This document shows positions 38,001-51,914 of a stretch of DNA of 64,000 nucleotides, piece by piece. The position numbers and the translations under genes were made by a program. The notes beneath the pieces are model-generated. The model had not been told where the DNA came from, searched no databases, and saw only the letters and a list, made by a program, of their open reading frames with translations. Where the stretch lies: NCBI RefSeq assembly GCF_964355755.1, contig NC_092671.1, positions 16,244,001 through 16,308,000 on the forward strand. Direction: 5' to 3'. Position 1 is the first letter of the stretch. Each line of letters begins with the position of its first letter. The stretch comes from Antedon mediterranea. Lineage: Eukaryota; Animalia; Echinodermata.

Positions 38001-39084
38001 GATGCAGATTTTATTTTTTATTTATGTATTTTATTTTGTATTTATTTACAGGTACTAACAAGTTATATAAGCCCATATTACAATCTTCAGAATAAAATCA
38101 ATTTCTTTATTTTACTATAGTGTATACTGATTTTTTATTTATGAGATTTTAGATCTTAAAAGGTAATAAATAAAGTGTGAACTAAATTGATGATCGCTGA
38201 TGACTGATTGCTATCATTGAGTTGTTGAAAGTAAGATACAGGCGATTGTAACGTAAGTGAGAATGACAAGATATGTATCAAACTATGGTATCAGAATCTA
38301 TTAACGTACTTGGAATTGTGTTACCTTTATTATAAAATTATTTAAAAACATGTAAAGTAAAAATGATTTAGCATGAAACATTTCATCAATTTAAATATGG
38401 ATAACGGATGTACGACAGATACACATACACATTAACAGTATTTGTACGCGCGCGTCTGATTATATTTGTCTACGCGAAATGTTTCTCTGACGATAAGATT
38501 AAACATTTGATAGTAACAATTCGTATCATGTAATACAATAGTTCGTTGACCTAATGTTTATACAACAAAACGTTTGGAAACGCGTTACCTGCTTCTTAAC
38601 GCGTGTTTCGAAAGTTACATTGCGTTTATGGATGAAATACTGCACTAAATACAGCAATTTGGTTACAAAATGTATTCCTTGGTGGGAATCTTTTCAGCAA
38701 TCTGCTTTAAATTTTGTCAAAAGAATTTCGCAAGGTAATTAATTATTACATAGAATATTATTGACGCACAACCTCAAGGGAGATACAACACGTTCCGTTG
38801 ATCGTGATTTAGTTAAAATCGCACAGTATTAAAAAAATGCAATTAACAACATCAGTATTACAACAATATTTCGGTTATTAAATCAAAGAACGTAAAACAT
38901 TATATTAATTATGGAACTGTACAAAGCTCATGTGGTGTAGTTTCAGGGAAGAGTGAGTTTGTATATACTCTTTCCATAGCTCTACAGCCAACATGAATGA
39001 CATTTCTACGCAAATAAATTAGTTTAAACTTAAATGATAACTCACGTATACTTCTACACAAATGTAGTATAAAAGGACCAGTAC

Positions 39085-39194
39085 CTTTCTATGTACAACT
39101 GAACGCCGGTTCCACAATGTTCTTGAGTCCGTTTTCCCGAGTGTTGTGACTTTTCACTGCCTCCGTCCGTTCGTTTCCAAGTTTCGCTTTAACT
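39085..39194 (-). other. Candidate non-coding first exon (5' UTR) of the neuropeptide precursor gene
   Basis: Begins at Inr TCAGTT (A at 39194), has no ATG, ends AAAG|GTACTG; GC-richer than its flanks. Linking it to the acceptor at 27136 is inference. Confidence 0.5.
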
Positions 39195-39260
39195 GAAATG
39201 CCCAATCACCGGCACCTGCATTATATCTACACTGACAATGGTTTAGTCCGCGCCTCCAAA
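39191..39260 (-). promoter_or_regulatory. TATA + Initiator core promoter
   Basis: Minus strand GATATAATGCAGG...TTTCAGTT: TATAA starts at 39225, 31 nt before the Inr adenine at 39194; GC-rich GGAGGCGCGG near 39257-39248. Confidence 0.55.
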
Positions 39261-40343
39261 TACCCACTCGATCAATTCGATAAATGATGAATTTAGCTTA
39301 TTAAGTTTACTAAATTACGTTATTCATGTATTATAGCAATAAATAGTGGCCGTTTAGCAGGAAGCGATCAAGTGAATTTTTATGAATAAAGACGCTATCA
39401 TTGGACGTATAATTGCTTAGATTTAAAAGCTTTAGCGAAAACCGAATAACTCGTAAAATTGAAAATGAAAAGATTTGTCTAATTGACATTCAAACTTATC
39501 GATTAAGACGTTATAATTTTTGTTTTTATATAAACAATATTGAAGGTTAAAATAGCATCAATTTAGTGTTTTGTTTATACCGGATGTATTCTTCTTTTCC
39601 CCCATTAAATTTTAAAGTTGGGATTTTACTTTCCTAATTGTTATACAAAACAAATCAATAAACTAATCTAATTTGTATAGTCTTATTTAAGGTATTGTTA
39701 CCAAAAGATATTAAAAAAACTCCAAACCATTAATTGAATTTCCTATTTAAAATCAATAACTTATGAATTACTGTGATCAATTAAAATTTGTTATTTTAAT
39801 TTTACGACTGAGGAGTAACAGTGAATAATTGTGATTTTTACAATTACAGTTTATCTTCTTCTTCTTTATTTTAGGTAACGTTGACAACAATATTACTCCT
39901 TTACTATAAATACAATTTTCACAATTCTACGTAATAGAGAACAATTGTTAAGTCAAAGTTGTTTCAATTTGCTAATGCATCCAAATAAGAGTTTGTACGC
40001 GAGCGTTTTTTTTTTACAGAAGTCGCTTTGACGAATAAATTACACCGTAATGCTAAAATTTATATTAATGAATTAATAAACCATTTTAAAAACGGATTCG
40101 TATATTATAATGATTTAGTGTTTACGCTCTGGTAAGTTGGAGCAAGGCAGGGAATAATTACCATGTTCTTGATTAAAAAAGACAAAGCAATTAAATGTTA
40201 ATAGTTGTTAATCTTGGTCTTGTGAGATGAATTCGAAAGCAAATATATTTTTCGATTTGTGATATGTTAATAAAACTTTAAATTTCTTGGGTTGATTTAA
40301 TATTTCTCCGGAGTTTGGGATAATAAAGTTCTATTGTATTATA

Positions 40344-40503
40344 TTGACGTTCAAATATAACACTATACGCGTTAAGGTTTTTTTTGACGTTCAAATATAA
40401 CACTATACGCGGTAAGGTTTTTTTTGACGTTCAAATATAACACTATACGCGGTAAGGTTTTTTTTGACATTCAAATATAACACTATACGCGGTAAGGTTT
40501 TTT
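40344..40503 (+). repeat. Minisatellite, 4 x 40 bp
   Basis: TTGACGTTCAAATATAACACTATACGCGGTAAGG(T)n at 40344, 40384, 40424, 40464. Confidence 0.95.
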
Positions 40504-40530
40504 CCCGAAATATACAGTTTTCTCTTTTGT

Positions 40531-40850
40531 GGAGCACTGTGGCGCAGTGGTTAGAGCATTGGACTTGCAATCAAGAGGTTGTCGGTTCAAGCCCCGGCTC
40601 GGTCACTGCAGTGTTGAGTCCTTGAGCAAGATTCTTTATCCACATTGTTCCTCCCCACCCAGGTGATAGAAATGGGTACCGGTATGTAAAAAGTACTGGG
40701 AAGGTAAATCAGACTCGTTTGTGCGGGAGGAGTGGCGTACCCCCCACAAACATACACACTTAGTGGAGTTTGGCCCAAACGCTATGGAAATGGAGATGGG
40801 CACCACGGCCGTTAGCATTAGCTTAGGTTTCGACTTTACTTTTTTACTAC
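40531..40850 (+). mobile_element. tRNA-derived SINE with CORE-like central domain
   Basis: A box TGGCGCAGTGG, B box GGTTCAAGCC, then CCTTGAGCAAG...CCCAGGTG..AAATGGGTACC resembling the CORE-SINE domain, and a T-rich (ACTTT)n tail. Confidence 0.85.
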
Positions 40851-40934
40851 TTTTGTTAACCGAATCATTGGCGTTGAAATAATTAATTCGACAAAAACGA
40901 GGATGACAAATGCTCATTGATAGTTAGACTGTTT

Positions 40935-41232
40935 GTGGTTTTATTATACAGGAAGAATTTTAGTTAGATAGTTCTATAAATTGTGACTGGAAGAATTTTA
41001 GATAGACAGTTCTATATATTGTGTGTGTAGTTTTGCTATACGGGAGGAATTTTAGATAGACAATTATGTAAATTGTGTGTAGTTTTGTAATACTGGAGGA
41101 ATTTTAATTAAACAGTTCTATAGATTGTGTGTAGTTTTGTTATACAGGACCAATTTTAGTTTGGCAGTTCTACATAATGTGTAGTTTTGTCCTACATGAA
41201 GAATTTTAGTTAGACAGTTCATATTGTGTGTA
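40935..41232 (+). repeat. Degenerate minisatellite, ~50 bp unit, about 6 copies
   Basis: Recurrent GGAAGAATTTTAG(T/A)TAGACAGTTCTATA..TTGTGTGTAGTTTTG. Confidence 0.85.
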
Positions 41233-42781
41233 ATTGTTATTATACATAATACACATCCCCTCTCTCTCTATACCCACGAGGGATATGGGTAAATAAATAA
41301 GCAGGCGTGTGTAATTTTACAGGAAAGAAATAGCGATATTGTGCTGTAGATACAACAAGATGTCGATATAAATTAATATTGGATAACAACTTGTTAATGA
41401 AAATTTTGTCGAACTTGGACTCTGGTATTGTATAATGATTGAATTATCCACAATGGTTATTGCAGTTACCGTCAATAATCAAATAAACACACGCAACTTA
41501 GTGTACAACTAATGAACAATGAATGCACAATGCGTCCATTATTTCCTTTTTCGAAGAAATTATGATGGACAATGAAAGAGTCTATATGATTTATATAGTA
41601 TTTCATTCGTTAAAAGGTAGTGTTGTATTATATATTTTTTTAACTATTATATTTCTGTCAATTTAAACAAGTTTTGGTGCAACTAGCTCTTTTTTTTTCG
41701 ACATTAGTAATTCTTAATGTGCGTGGAGAATATTAATATATAGAATTTTAAAAATCCAGAATGTCACATATCAACTGTTAATATAGTTTGATTTTATCCG
41801 TTTGTTTTTTTTTTAATTCAGCGTATAAAATTATTTCAAGTTTGATTTTAGCGTAGTCCTTAATGTGTTTGAGAAATATTATTAAATCAATACAAAATAT
41901 CCGGAAGTAACAAATTGACAGATTAAACAGTATATTTTCGGTTTATCAGTTTGTAAAACATATTTAGCGTATTATATAAAGTAATATAATATAGTGTTTC
42001 TTTTTCATCATGCTCATCCTTAACTTCAATTGTCGATCGGCTCTGGTTTTAAGGGTATCTCATTTCAGGGGTTATTTTTCAAATAGACCGTAGAATTCCT
42101 TTGCAAACATAATGTACTCTACGTCGTTTAACCTGAAAATCAAATTGTCTAAGTTAATTTTTTGCTCTAATGTATCAGTACATTAGTAGTCAAATGCGTC
42201 ATACGTCATACATACAGAACATCAAGTTTTGTATTTAGTGCTTCGAGCAAATCAAAATGTTAGGGATCTAATCTGTTTAGTTGGCCTAGCTGTTTCCGAA
42301 CCCGATAATACCTTAATGTTGAATGCATTTTACATGTAGCTCCAAAAACTTACCCGAAACCCCCAGGGATGCCAAAGTAATGTAATAGTCTGCAACTATA
42401 TTTTAGAATACAATTTAATATGAAAGAAAGATTTCATAAATATATAAACACTGTAGGTCAAGTATATCATAATTTTAAGAATATATGGCCAAATAGAACA
42501 TAGTTTCATGTTTCTTTCCTCCGCATGACTTTTTTTTAATCGTCTGTAAAACAAACATTCGATGACCGTTAGTTTTTAGATTTAATCAACTTATCAAAAC
42601 ATAAAAATGTTTGTATATCATAATTTTTAGTTTGTCAAAAAATAGCTTATAGCTAATGTTGCTTATAAAAACAAACACATAATCCAATGCCCTAAAGTAA
42701 CGTTTTTTGGAGACATGATTTTTTAATCAAATTTCTAAAGTGGTAAAAAGGAAAATAAAACTAAAATTTAGGCCTACATTA

Positions 42782-43083
42782 TTAAAGATGTACAAAACCT
42801 GAAAAAAAAGATGAATAAAATCAGATTTTTAATAAAGTTATTCACTTCTGTAGAAAAAAAAATCAATAAAAATAATTATTTCACTTACGCCTATAAAAAG
42901 GCAAAAGAAACAGTTAATTTTAACCAAAAACCATTTTCTGACAGACAATTAAGGTATTTCTGCTCGAAATTACATCATTTCCCAGTTTTTGGTCAAAGTG
43001 AATAACTATTATGTGACATTAAAATGGTATATTCAACACAAAAAATGTAAAAATATTTTTCTAGGGGGACAATATATCTTTAA
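42782..43083. mobile_element. Second copy of the TTAA-flanked Kolobok-like MITE
   Basis: TTAAAGATGTAC ... GGGGGACAATATATCTTTAA; shares internal GTGAATAACTATTATGTGACATTAAAAT and CCTATAAAAAG with 2272-2623. Confidence 0.75.
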
Positions 43084-44097
43084 TATTATTACGTATTCCA
43101 AAATCCCATAATGGATTAGATCGTCTTTTTGTGACTCATGGTTCGAATGCTTCTGGCTAGAAATTAAAGATGTTAAACTTTAATTATGGAAGAGAGAGGT
43201 TACATTCTTTACTTGTTTAATTAAAATTAACTAATCTAAGTAAATTGTATATCGACCGCTTATAATTTGTCAAGTTATACTGACTAAATCATTCAAGATA
43301 ATTTATGGACACTGTAATCGTCCAAAGTCATTTGAAGCAAAATACGTTCTGTTGAAATGAATGTCGAATGAATAACGCTTTTGGTTGATCTTTAATTTGA
43401 TTAGGCCCATACGCTGCTTGAATTGTAGCATAAAACACTATTGAAATTAATCATGAACGTAGACAATTATATATTTTGGATCGGATCATTGCATATACCA
43501 GATCTTGAATTTGCACTTTCTAAAAGTAAAAGTAGGTCTATGTCAAACCGAAGGTTCGTTGAAAAGATACATTGAAGGTCCACAATGCCGATTAACGTGT
43601 AATTTAATCAACAATTATTGTTACGTGTAGGAGTTACATGTAGGCCTACAAAAAATGAACTTATTTAGAGTGCGTAAACATATTGCAATGGTAACCAAAA
43701 CCATCGATGACGTCATTTCACACACATTTTAGATCAATCGTATGTTACTTTAAACTGTTGGCTAAGTAGTTGGTTAAACACAGTATTTGGAATCAGCTAT
43801 AAAAAGGCAAATTGTATATGTTTTATAGATTAAGATCAAACATAATATAAAATTAAAGAGTCTGTTTCCTTCTTATTCTTTCTACTGTATGTTTACCTCG
43901 TGTAACAGGACCTATCTTACAGGTTGTGTCAAAGTTCATTCTATAAAACATTACCTTAATCAATTAATGTAAAATATAATAATTGAAAGACCAGGCCTTT
44001 GTACTATAGGGATTTTATGCTACATCCATAAGAATAAATCGAAATGTATGATATCAGTATTTTAATGATAATTGATCCATGTTAGTATTGCTTATAA

Positions 44098-44290
44098 AGC
44101 TTTCTTCTCCTGGACGTGCGCAAAGCAAATTCAGTGATTCACGCGTCCTAATTGGTGACATTTATTGCTGTGCGCTTACGTCCAATTGGAAACCAGCTAA
44201 AGAGATATTGGGATTAACAAACGCAAACGTTTTACGTGGTAGTGCTATGGTAGTGCTAACTGCATTACTTACTCATGCGTGCAATTGGAA
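44098..44290. mobile_element. Highly diverged MITE copy (3639 family)
   Basis: TAA-AGCTTTCTTCTCCTGGACGTGCGCAA start and inverted TGCGCTTACGTCC. Confidence 0.4.
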
Positions 44291-44570
44291 AAGTATTTTT
44301 ATGCAAATGGTAAATTACCAACGCGAGTTTCAATCAATTATCACAATTGAAATCTGAAAGTTGATAACATCAATATGTAATAGAGGTGTATATTTAAAAA
44401 TGTAGATGATACACGGTACTTTGAAGCCCCCTCGACAGAACTCAATTCACATACACGATATCTGATATCTTACATTATTGCAACGTTGTAGAAAATGATG
44501 AAAAGTATAATGTACTGTGTTTTATACCTGTTGCAACTTTGGATCTACGGCATTATGTTCACTCTAAATC

Positions 44571-44999
44571 ATAGACTAGTCCAGATTTGGTAAAAATGAA
44601 ATGCTGTAGGCATTTCTTGTTAAAAGCGAATAAACATGGGTTTTAGGGTAATTTTGGGGTGCTGAATTCAAATCTGCTATTTATCCGGCCCAATTTTTAG
44701 ATCTTCACCCCTAAAATGTGAAAAACAAAATAGGCCGCCAACTCATTTTGGCTTATAACTAACATTTTAAGTGACATAGCAAGTTAAAAATGGTGTCTAT
44801 ACGCATGTTTGTGATACTGAGGATTCTAAATATACTGTTATTAAAGTTGAAAATATTCTATTTCAGCCGCCATGTTGAAATCCAAGATGGCCGCCATTTT
44901 AAATTAAAATTATCCTAAAACACATGTTTTTTCGCTTTTAACACGAAATGCCTACAGCATCTTATTAGAGTGGAAATATGACTATCTGGATTAGTCTAT
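44571..44999. mobile_element. Non-autonomous DNA transposon with long TIRs
   Basis: ATAGACTAGTCCAGA / TCTGGATTAGTCTAT and ATGCTGTAGGCATTTCTTGTTAAAAGCGAA / TTCGCTTTTAACACGAAATGCCTACAGCAT inverted pairs; internal (T/A)GGCCGCCA motifs. Confidence 0.7.
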
Positions 45000-45037
45000 C
45001 ATGAAGTACTGTAATTGGTAGGTTAATTAATTAATTA

Positions 45038-45186
45038 TCTTCTTTTTCAAAACATTTTGAATATCATTTCCATAATAATATTATATTATTACAGCAACTT
45101 TTCATAGTTTGTCTTCTTTTTCAAAACATTTTGAATATCATTTCCATTATAATATTTTATTATTACAGCAACTTGTCATAGTTTGT
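45038..45186 (+). repeat. Tandem duplication, 74 bp unit
   Basis: TCTTCTTTTTCAAAACATTTTGAATATCATTTCC... at 45038 and 45112. Confidence 0.92.
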
Positions 45187-48100
45187 GGTCAAAACATATC
45201 CAAAATAGTTTTATTTTATGATATAGAAGGTAGAAACAATATCGGAGCCGATATGTAGGATCTAAACGAAAAAAGAATGAAAAGAGTGTGTAATTTAACA
45301 AACCAAAAATAAACCATTCTTTTAAGGGACGGTGTTGTCACCAAGGTCGTAATAGATTGTTCTGGAGAATTCCTTATTTTATGTTTCAATGAGGAAGAAC
45401 AATGGATTAGAATAAACCAATGGTTTTACGTTACGTTACGTTAAATCAGGTTGTCATAGATAGGGCGTAACATGTCTACGTTAGAGAGCAGATATTCATT
45501 AATTCGCCAAGAGTGGAAAACAAGCGTTTTAGGCAAAAATAAGAAAATGATACCGACATAATACTAAATTGTAAGGATCAAGGATCAGTCCGGTAGACGT
45601 TGATAGATAGCAGCAGTGAGTAACGCCATTTTAACGTTTAAAAGAATACATTAATGATGAAGACGTAAATCGGGCGACATAACGTAACATTGTATTAGTT
45701 TAGTCTTTAATTTATTTATTTTAGGTAGCCTCTTAGTATACTTAACTCATTGATGTCAAAGACATTGAAGTTACCACGATAGTATTGAGTTTTGATGTAC
45801 GACGTGACAGTTATCATCATGTATTTGTTAATCGAGATATATGTATAAAAACAAATGCAAATTATCCAACTCTATTAGAGGCATCTGAAAAGTGTAAAAA
45901 GAACGTCTGTTTAAACCCCTTTTCTGTTTCTTTTACAACATAAAAAAGCTGCCAGACCCTCAAATGAGATGCTAAACCATTGGGTTGTTATTTCATTTGT
46001 ACAAGGCGACAAGTCCATGGACAATCATTTAATCACTCTCCATTAAAGTAAATTAGAGTAAACGTTGCTATTAACAAGTTGGCATGTATAGTAAATTTAG
46101 AATCATTTATTTACCAGTTGGGTACGTGTTTTAAAAATCATAAACATAATTGGTTAACTAGATTGGATTGGTTGATATCTAACCTGTAAAAATCGGATGC
46201 CGTTAAAATGTCAATTTACGGTACAGCCATTGATTGAATATTCTCTCAGTAATTATTGAAAACGGTCCAATCACAAAACACCATTTATAAATGTAAATAA
46301 TGTACGTAACTTTAGTAACTAACTAATTAATTTAATTAAAGTCACTTAATAATGATAACAGATTGATGATAACAGATGATTGAGAATAAAATAAAGGATA
46401 CACTTGTGCACTAACCATTCAACTAAACAGTTGACTTGTTGAGAAGCTTTTACATAACGTATTGTGAAAACAGACAATGTATAGCGGGAACAGGTCGTAT
46501 AGATACGAAACTGCAGACATAATACCGTACAAGAATCGGGCCCATAAACTATATAAAATTTGGTTAATTTCAGAAATAATAATTTTGAAATACTTTAATT
46601 AGCTGGCAGCCATTTTAGAATCTGTTTTTCTTTTGTGGAAAAAATTTATTCAAATTTATTCAAATTTATTCAAAGTTTTATTGATTTTTTCAGTACATTC
46701 AGTTTGCCATTTTACTTTTTTTTTGTTAACTCATTTTTTTAAATCAAAAGTTTTGAAATGATAAACATGGGCACTATGATGAAATACCATTAGGCCTATA
46801 ACATTATTTTCATAATAGTCTTTATAATTATTTTATATTTTTTCATTTTTAACTGAATATCTATCGATTGTGTACAATCGTGTTTTATTTGTGTAACAAC
46901 CCAGAAGAATCTTTTTAGAAGAGTTTTACTCCCATTAAAATGTTCAAACAATTTGAACTCGATGACGCATGTTAGATAAAGAATATTAGAAAAAATCACT
47001 TTAGTAAGACAAGTCTATCTATAATTATTTTTCTTACTCGTCAAAATATGACGTAGGCTATTGTTAATCAGAATTTAGATTTAATAGCTCTATTAAATGT
47101 TTGTGAATGCATTAATGCGAGTTTTTCTTATTTCATATACAGCTCTTGATTACAAAGGACAAACGCATTAGAAACTCAATCACTCTAAGAAATGTCAAAA
47201 CACTTACGAAGCCGGTTACCTGGTATTGTTAACTATATAATCTATGATTGACAAGTCCCATATTTTATTTATTATACAATTATAATAACATAATGGCAAC
47301 TATAGAAATCAGTAAGATTTTATTCCCATAAAAGAGTTAATGTAAAACTAAGAAACACACGTTTCTACATTTGCTACGTTATTCAGAGCTTCAACTTTAA
47401 TTAACATCCGAAAATGGGTTTTTCTATTAATGGTTGAATGCGGCGGTGAGCTAATATCACATTAATGCAACTGATATAAAGTATACTCCACTGTACAACC
47501 ACTATGAAAGCGAGGGCTCCTGTGTCAATTCCACAATTATTAAACAAAAAAAATGTTATTATGCAGTTTATTAAAACTAAATGTACCGTTGAAAACCCAA
47601 AATAAAATAAATGAAGCAATTATAAATGTATGTAAAACACTATGAAGCTGATTTTTATATTATATATTGTTATATTCATAATATAGGCCTAATCTCAATA
47701 ACCAGTTATATTACATCATTTTTGTTAAACAGGGAAAATCTACCGCTAAAGTAATGCTTAATCATATAAAATATGCAGAGACGTTTGCCCATTTCACTAG
47801 CCCATAATTCGTCATTAAGTATCATCTTACAAGTCTGATTGTTTATTGTCATTGTCATTTATTGTCTTGAATACAATGTTTTAGGATGTTAACGTCATAT
47901 ACTGTTGATTTTCTATTTAAAATAATAATCATCACACGCATGTTTTTGTAATTAAAACTAAGCATAAATAATAATCGATTCAATGGTTTGTTGAGAATAT
48001 GAAACATAACGCTAAAAATAATAATATGTCTAATACATTTTAAAATTAATTCCACATAAAACGATAGCAAGGTACGAATACAATAATAATCATCAGAGAA

Positions 48101-48276
48101 GTTCCCTGGTATAATCAGAGATGTGAACGACACCGATAGAACTTTAAATTAAAGGCAACATATGATTTTGTCTGTTGTCATATTCAATATTTATTGATAT
48201 GATATGGAATATAATTATTATCAATATTTTACAATAGTTTTTAAACATCGAAGTTGGTTTGGTCTCAGATCAATCT

Positions 48277-48504
48277 GATTATATAGGATTAGGTTATATC
48301 AGATTAGATTATATTAGATTAGATTATATCAGATTAGATTATATCAGATTAGATTATGTTAGATTAGATTATATCAGATTAGATTAAATTAGATTATATC
48401 AGATTAGATTATATCAGATTTATATTTGATTAGGTTATATCAGATTAGATTATATCAGATTAGGTTATATCAGATTAGATTATATCAGATTAGATTATAT
48501 CAGA
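48277..48504 (+). repeat. Simple satellite (GATTA-GATTA-TATCA)n
   Basis: 15 bp unit made of 5-mers, about 15 copies with variants. Confidence 0.95.
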
Positions 48505-48904
48505 CTTACTTCATAATAAATGACTGACAATATTGTTAACCGTCTAGTATCGTTTGATTTGAGCAACATTCAATTATGATACGTTCATAGTAGAGTTGTA
48601 GCTTCCAATCGCAAGGTCCAGAGTTCTATCAGGACCAAAGTGCCACTGATGTGCCTCTATTACACGATATTAGTTTATTCTGTAATTGATAAGTAAACTG
48701 TGAGTATACTTCGATGTATTGTATATGAAATTGAAAACAGATAATTTTAGCACTGGCGAAAGACTAGACAGATAATTTCACTTCGGTTTAATGCCCTATA
48801 GCAAATACTATATTGACATTTACGTTGGTTGTACTTATATAACCGTCAGTGGAAAGGTTCTTAGAACTGTTTTTCGTATTCTTCACGGATCATACAGCTC
48901 TAAT

Positions 48905-48984
48905 AATGTGTAAAAACATAATTTTGTGAATACGAAAATAAATGTATTCATTTTCGTATTCACAAAATTATGTTTTTACACATT
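48905..48984. repeat. Perfect 35 bp inverted repeat, 10 nt loop
   Basis: AATGTGTAAAAACATAATTTTGTGAATACGAAAAT / ATTTTCGTATTCACAAAATTATGTTTTTACACATT. Confidence 0.93.
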
Positions 48985-50394
48985 TATATTTGTTAATGTT
49001 TTTATTATATTTAATATCTCTATTAAGATACTAAGTGTGAACACACCACGTGTACTAGTAAAGTAAAATTGTTTATATTTATATATAAAATAATATAATT
49101 GGCTGATTAAACTCACAAATACAAATTACGTAAGCATGTTATTTCTAAGAAATAACTTCTCTGAATTGATAATATTACAGAATACTGTCATGGTGACAGA
49201 CACAAAGGCAGCTTGCGCGTGCAAAAACCGTACTGTCATCATCGGTTGAACGCGCGCGCATAGAAAATACAACACTTATTATCGTTTGATCGCGTGCGTC
49301 TAATATGTGTACATACAATGTTGGTGATATAATAATAAGAAACAGATTTTATTTTGCTTTGGTTAGAAAATAAATATATCTTGCAAGATTAGAGCTTGAT
49401 TTATGGTCCATCATGCATCAACTTGTTGATATTAATCACTTTTAGTAGCAAATTAGTTAACATAATGCCAGCCTAATCGAATGCATCTGTTTCTATATGA
49501 CAAGATGTAATATCTTTTTTAGTGTAATAAAGAAGATTTCGTTTTTATCAAAACTTCTCATAAATGATAATGCAATTGCCTTTTGTTCTGTTTAAGAAAC
49601 ATAGACAATTAGAAAATAAAAGCAATGACAGAAATACAAAAGATTGGACCGACTTTTCGGCTTTTTGTTATCTCGTCTGATTGAGAATTTATTTTAAAAT
49701 TGAGAATTAAAATAAAGGTTTTTATTATAACGGAACCTATATTAGGCAAAACTTATTATCTTTGATGTTGACGAGGCAAGTCAGCTGTTGAAGTGAAAAG
49801 CCTCTCGGCATGTCTCATTAGACGAAACAAGTTGGGTGAAAATCACCCTAAAGGGTGCATAGACAATAAATTGCATTTACATTAAAGGTACAGTATCGCA
49901 CATATTCAAAAAAATGATGTTATAGCATTGTTGTAATTAGTAATACTGTGATTTGCTGGTTTACATGCTTTCTGGTTCCACTAAAAAAATAACTGATTTA
50001 ATTTACATGAAGGAAATTTTGTACATAATTTAAGTGTTAGACAAAGCAATTAATGTCAATAATATGTAATAGTAATTAAAGATGCGTTGTAACCGCCTGT
50101 CTGTAAAATCAAACTCAATAAATTGAAAATTAGAATTCGTCATCTTGCTCGTAACATATTCCAACAAACCAGTTAACCCACAAATTACAATGGGTTTACG
50201 ACCATCATTCTAGCGCGCATGTTCGTAGATTCCCCGCGTACAAAATTGGCAGCAATTCGGCCAACATAAAAAGAGTTTATTTTGGAAAAAAATAGTCATA
50301 AATATACAATATACTGTAATAATATCTACGAAGAACTATTAGAATAATAAATATTATCGGAAAGATGGACTATCGTAAAGACAATCTTATCCAA

Positions 50395-50862
50395 CACAGT
50401 TTTTTTGTCTTCTCCTGCATTAACCAATGCTAAATCATCTCTGTTTTCCTTTTAACTTCAATTCGTCTATCATCACCACCACCACACTCGATCTCAAAAC
50501 AATAAATTATGTCTGTACCCACCATTAAAACCAACTCATGCCAACTCAGGACCAGACTGTGGAGTAATCTTCCATCCACCATTTATAGGCTCTGGCTCTC
50601 AGAATGTATTAAAAAAAATATCAAAAGTTACATCTTTTCTAAATACTAGCCAATCATGTCTTAACCCCACTTGTCTTTTACAGTTTATTTATTTATTTAC
50701 CTATTTTTAAATGTATTCTTTTATTCATGTATTTTTTTTTATTCATTTCACCACAAGATGTTTTTTCATCTTCACGGGCATCTGCCTTCAAACTCTAACC
50801 TCATATCTTTTTTTTTTGCTTTGTACGTTTATTATGCTTTATGTCAAAGTATATAAATAAAT
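50395..50862 (+). mobile_element. Old LINE (CR1/L2 group) 3' remnant
   Basis: Broken translation HHHHTRSQNNKL..IKTN..TRLWSNLPSTI..IKKNIKSYI matches the usual post-RT C-terminus (H-x-T-R-S, LWNxLP); followed by T-rich 3' UTR and AATAAATAAA. Confidence 0.55.
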
Positions 50863-51914
50863 GTTATGAAACTTGACAAAGTGTTGTCGTCGAAACAACC
50901 AAGAAACTCACAGAGACGGTCTATTGGCAGAAAGACGTCAAAATTAAACTATACCGCTGAGGGCAGCTTATAAGACAAATAAATAAAGAGGATGTAAGTT
51001 CGGGGAATTGCGGGTAGTTTAATTGTTGGAGTTATTTTAAACTTACTTACATATTTACACACAACACAAATAAGTAAATCTTTCCCAGTTTATTCAGAGT
51101 ATACATTTAACAATACATAATATTTATTTCTACTGATACAAGCAATGCTAAATACTACTTAATTATTGATTTATAACATTGAGAATAAGAGCTACGTTAC
51201 TTATTAGAATATTTACATTGCATGCCTGTGATTCTCACCCCAAATAATTTAATAACTTGTTTTCATACGACATGTTGTCTTTCCGATAGTTCTTCTTTCC
51301 GACAATATATTTTGTCTTTCGTAGGCATTATTACCAAAGATTGTATAATCTTATATAATCTTTGTTATTACAGTATATAAATACAGACAAAACCTGAGCG
51401 GGAGGCGTATACGATTCTGTCAACTAATCAACTTGACATTAACTTATTGGCCGACTGTGTATGTCGTAGATTGATCTTCGTATGTCCTTTTTGTCAGGTT
51501 TTTACTTTTTTTCCTAGACTATACTAACTTTGACTATTGAATTTAAGTAAGGCAACCTCTTGTATTGAAAGTTTATAAACAACTAATTGGATTCACCACT
51601 AAGCACAATAGATGTATCTTGATGACATGGACCATTTATCAAGCCAGTGCTAGCGTTAGCTTACCATCTTAATTCAATCTAGAGACAAACAAAATGTGAA
51701 AGCTACATTAAAAACGGTTTCAGTAAATCACTGCTCTAATCTTCGGCTGTCTTCTATTCCACATTTGATAATTTGTTTATGCTTCTATAATTAAGATAAA
51801 TTATAGTAAACTCGATTATGTCTGAAGCGCAACATAACTGTTAGATTCTGAGTGTTACTGTTTTTTCTTCCAAAGAAAGAAAATCTCACCCTCTTGTCTG
51901 ATTTTATATCCTTC

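Noticed and set aside
40531-40605. Possible tRNA gene (also 22131 and 21308)
   Set aside because: A and B boxes are present but the stems are imperfect and the sequence runs on into a SINE body and tail, or is degenerate.
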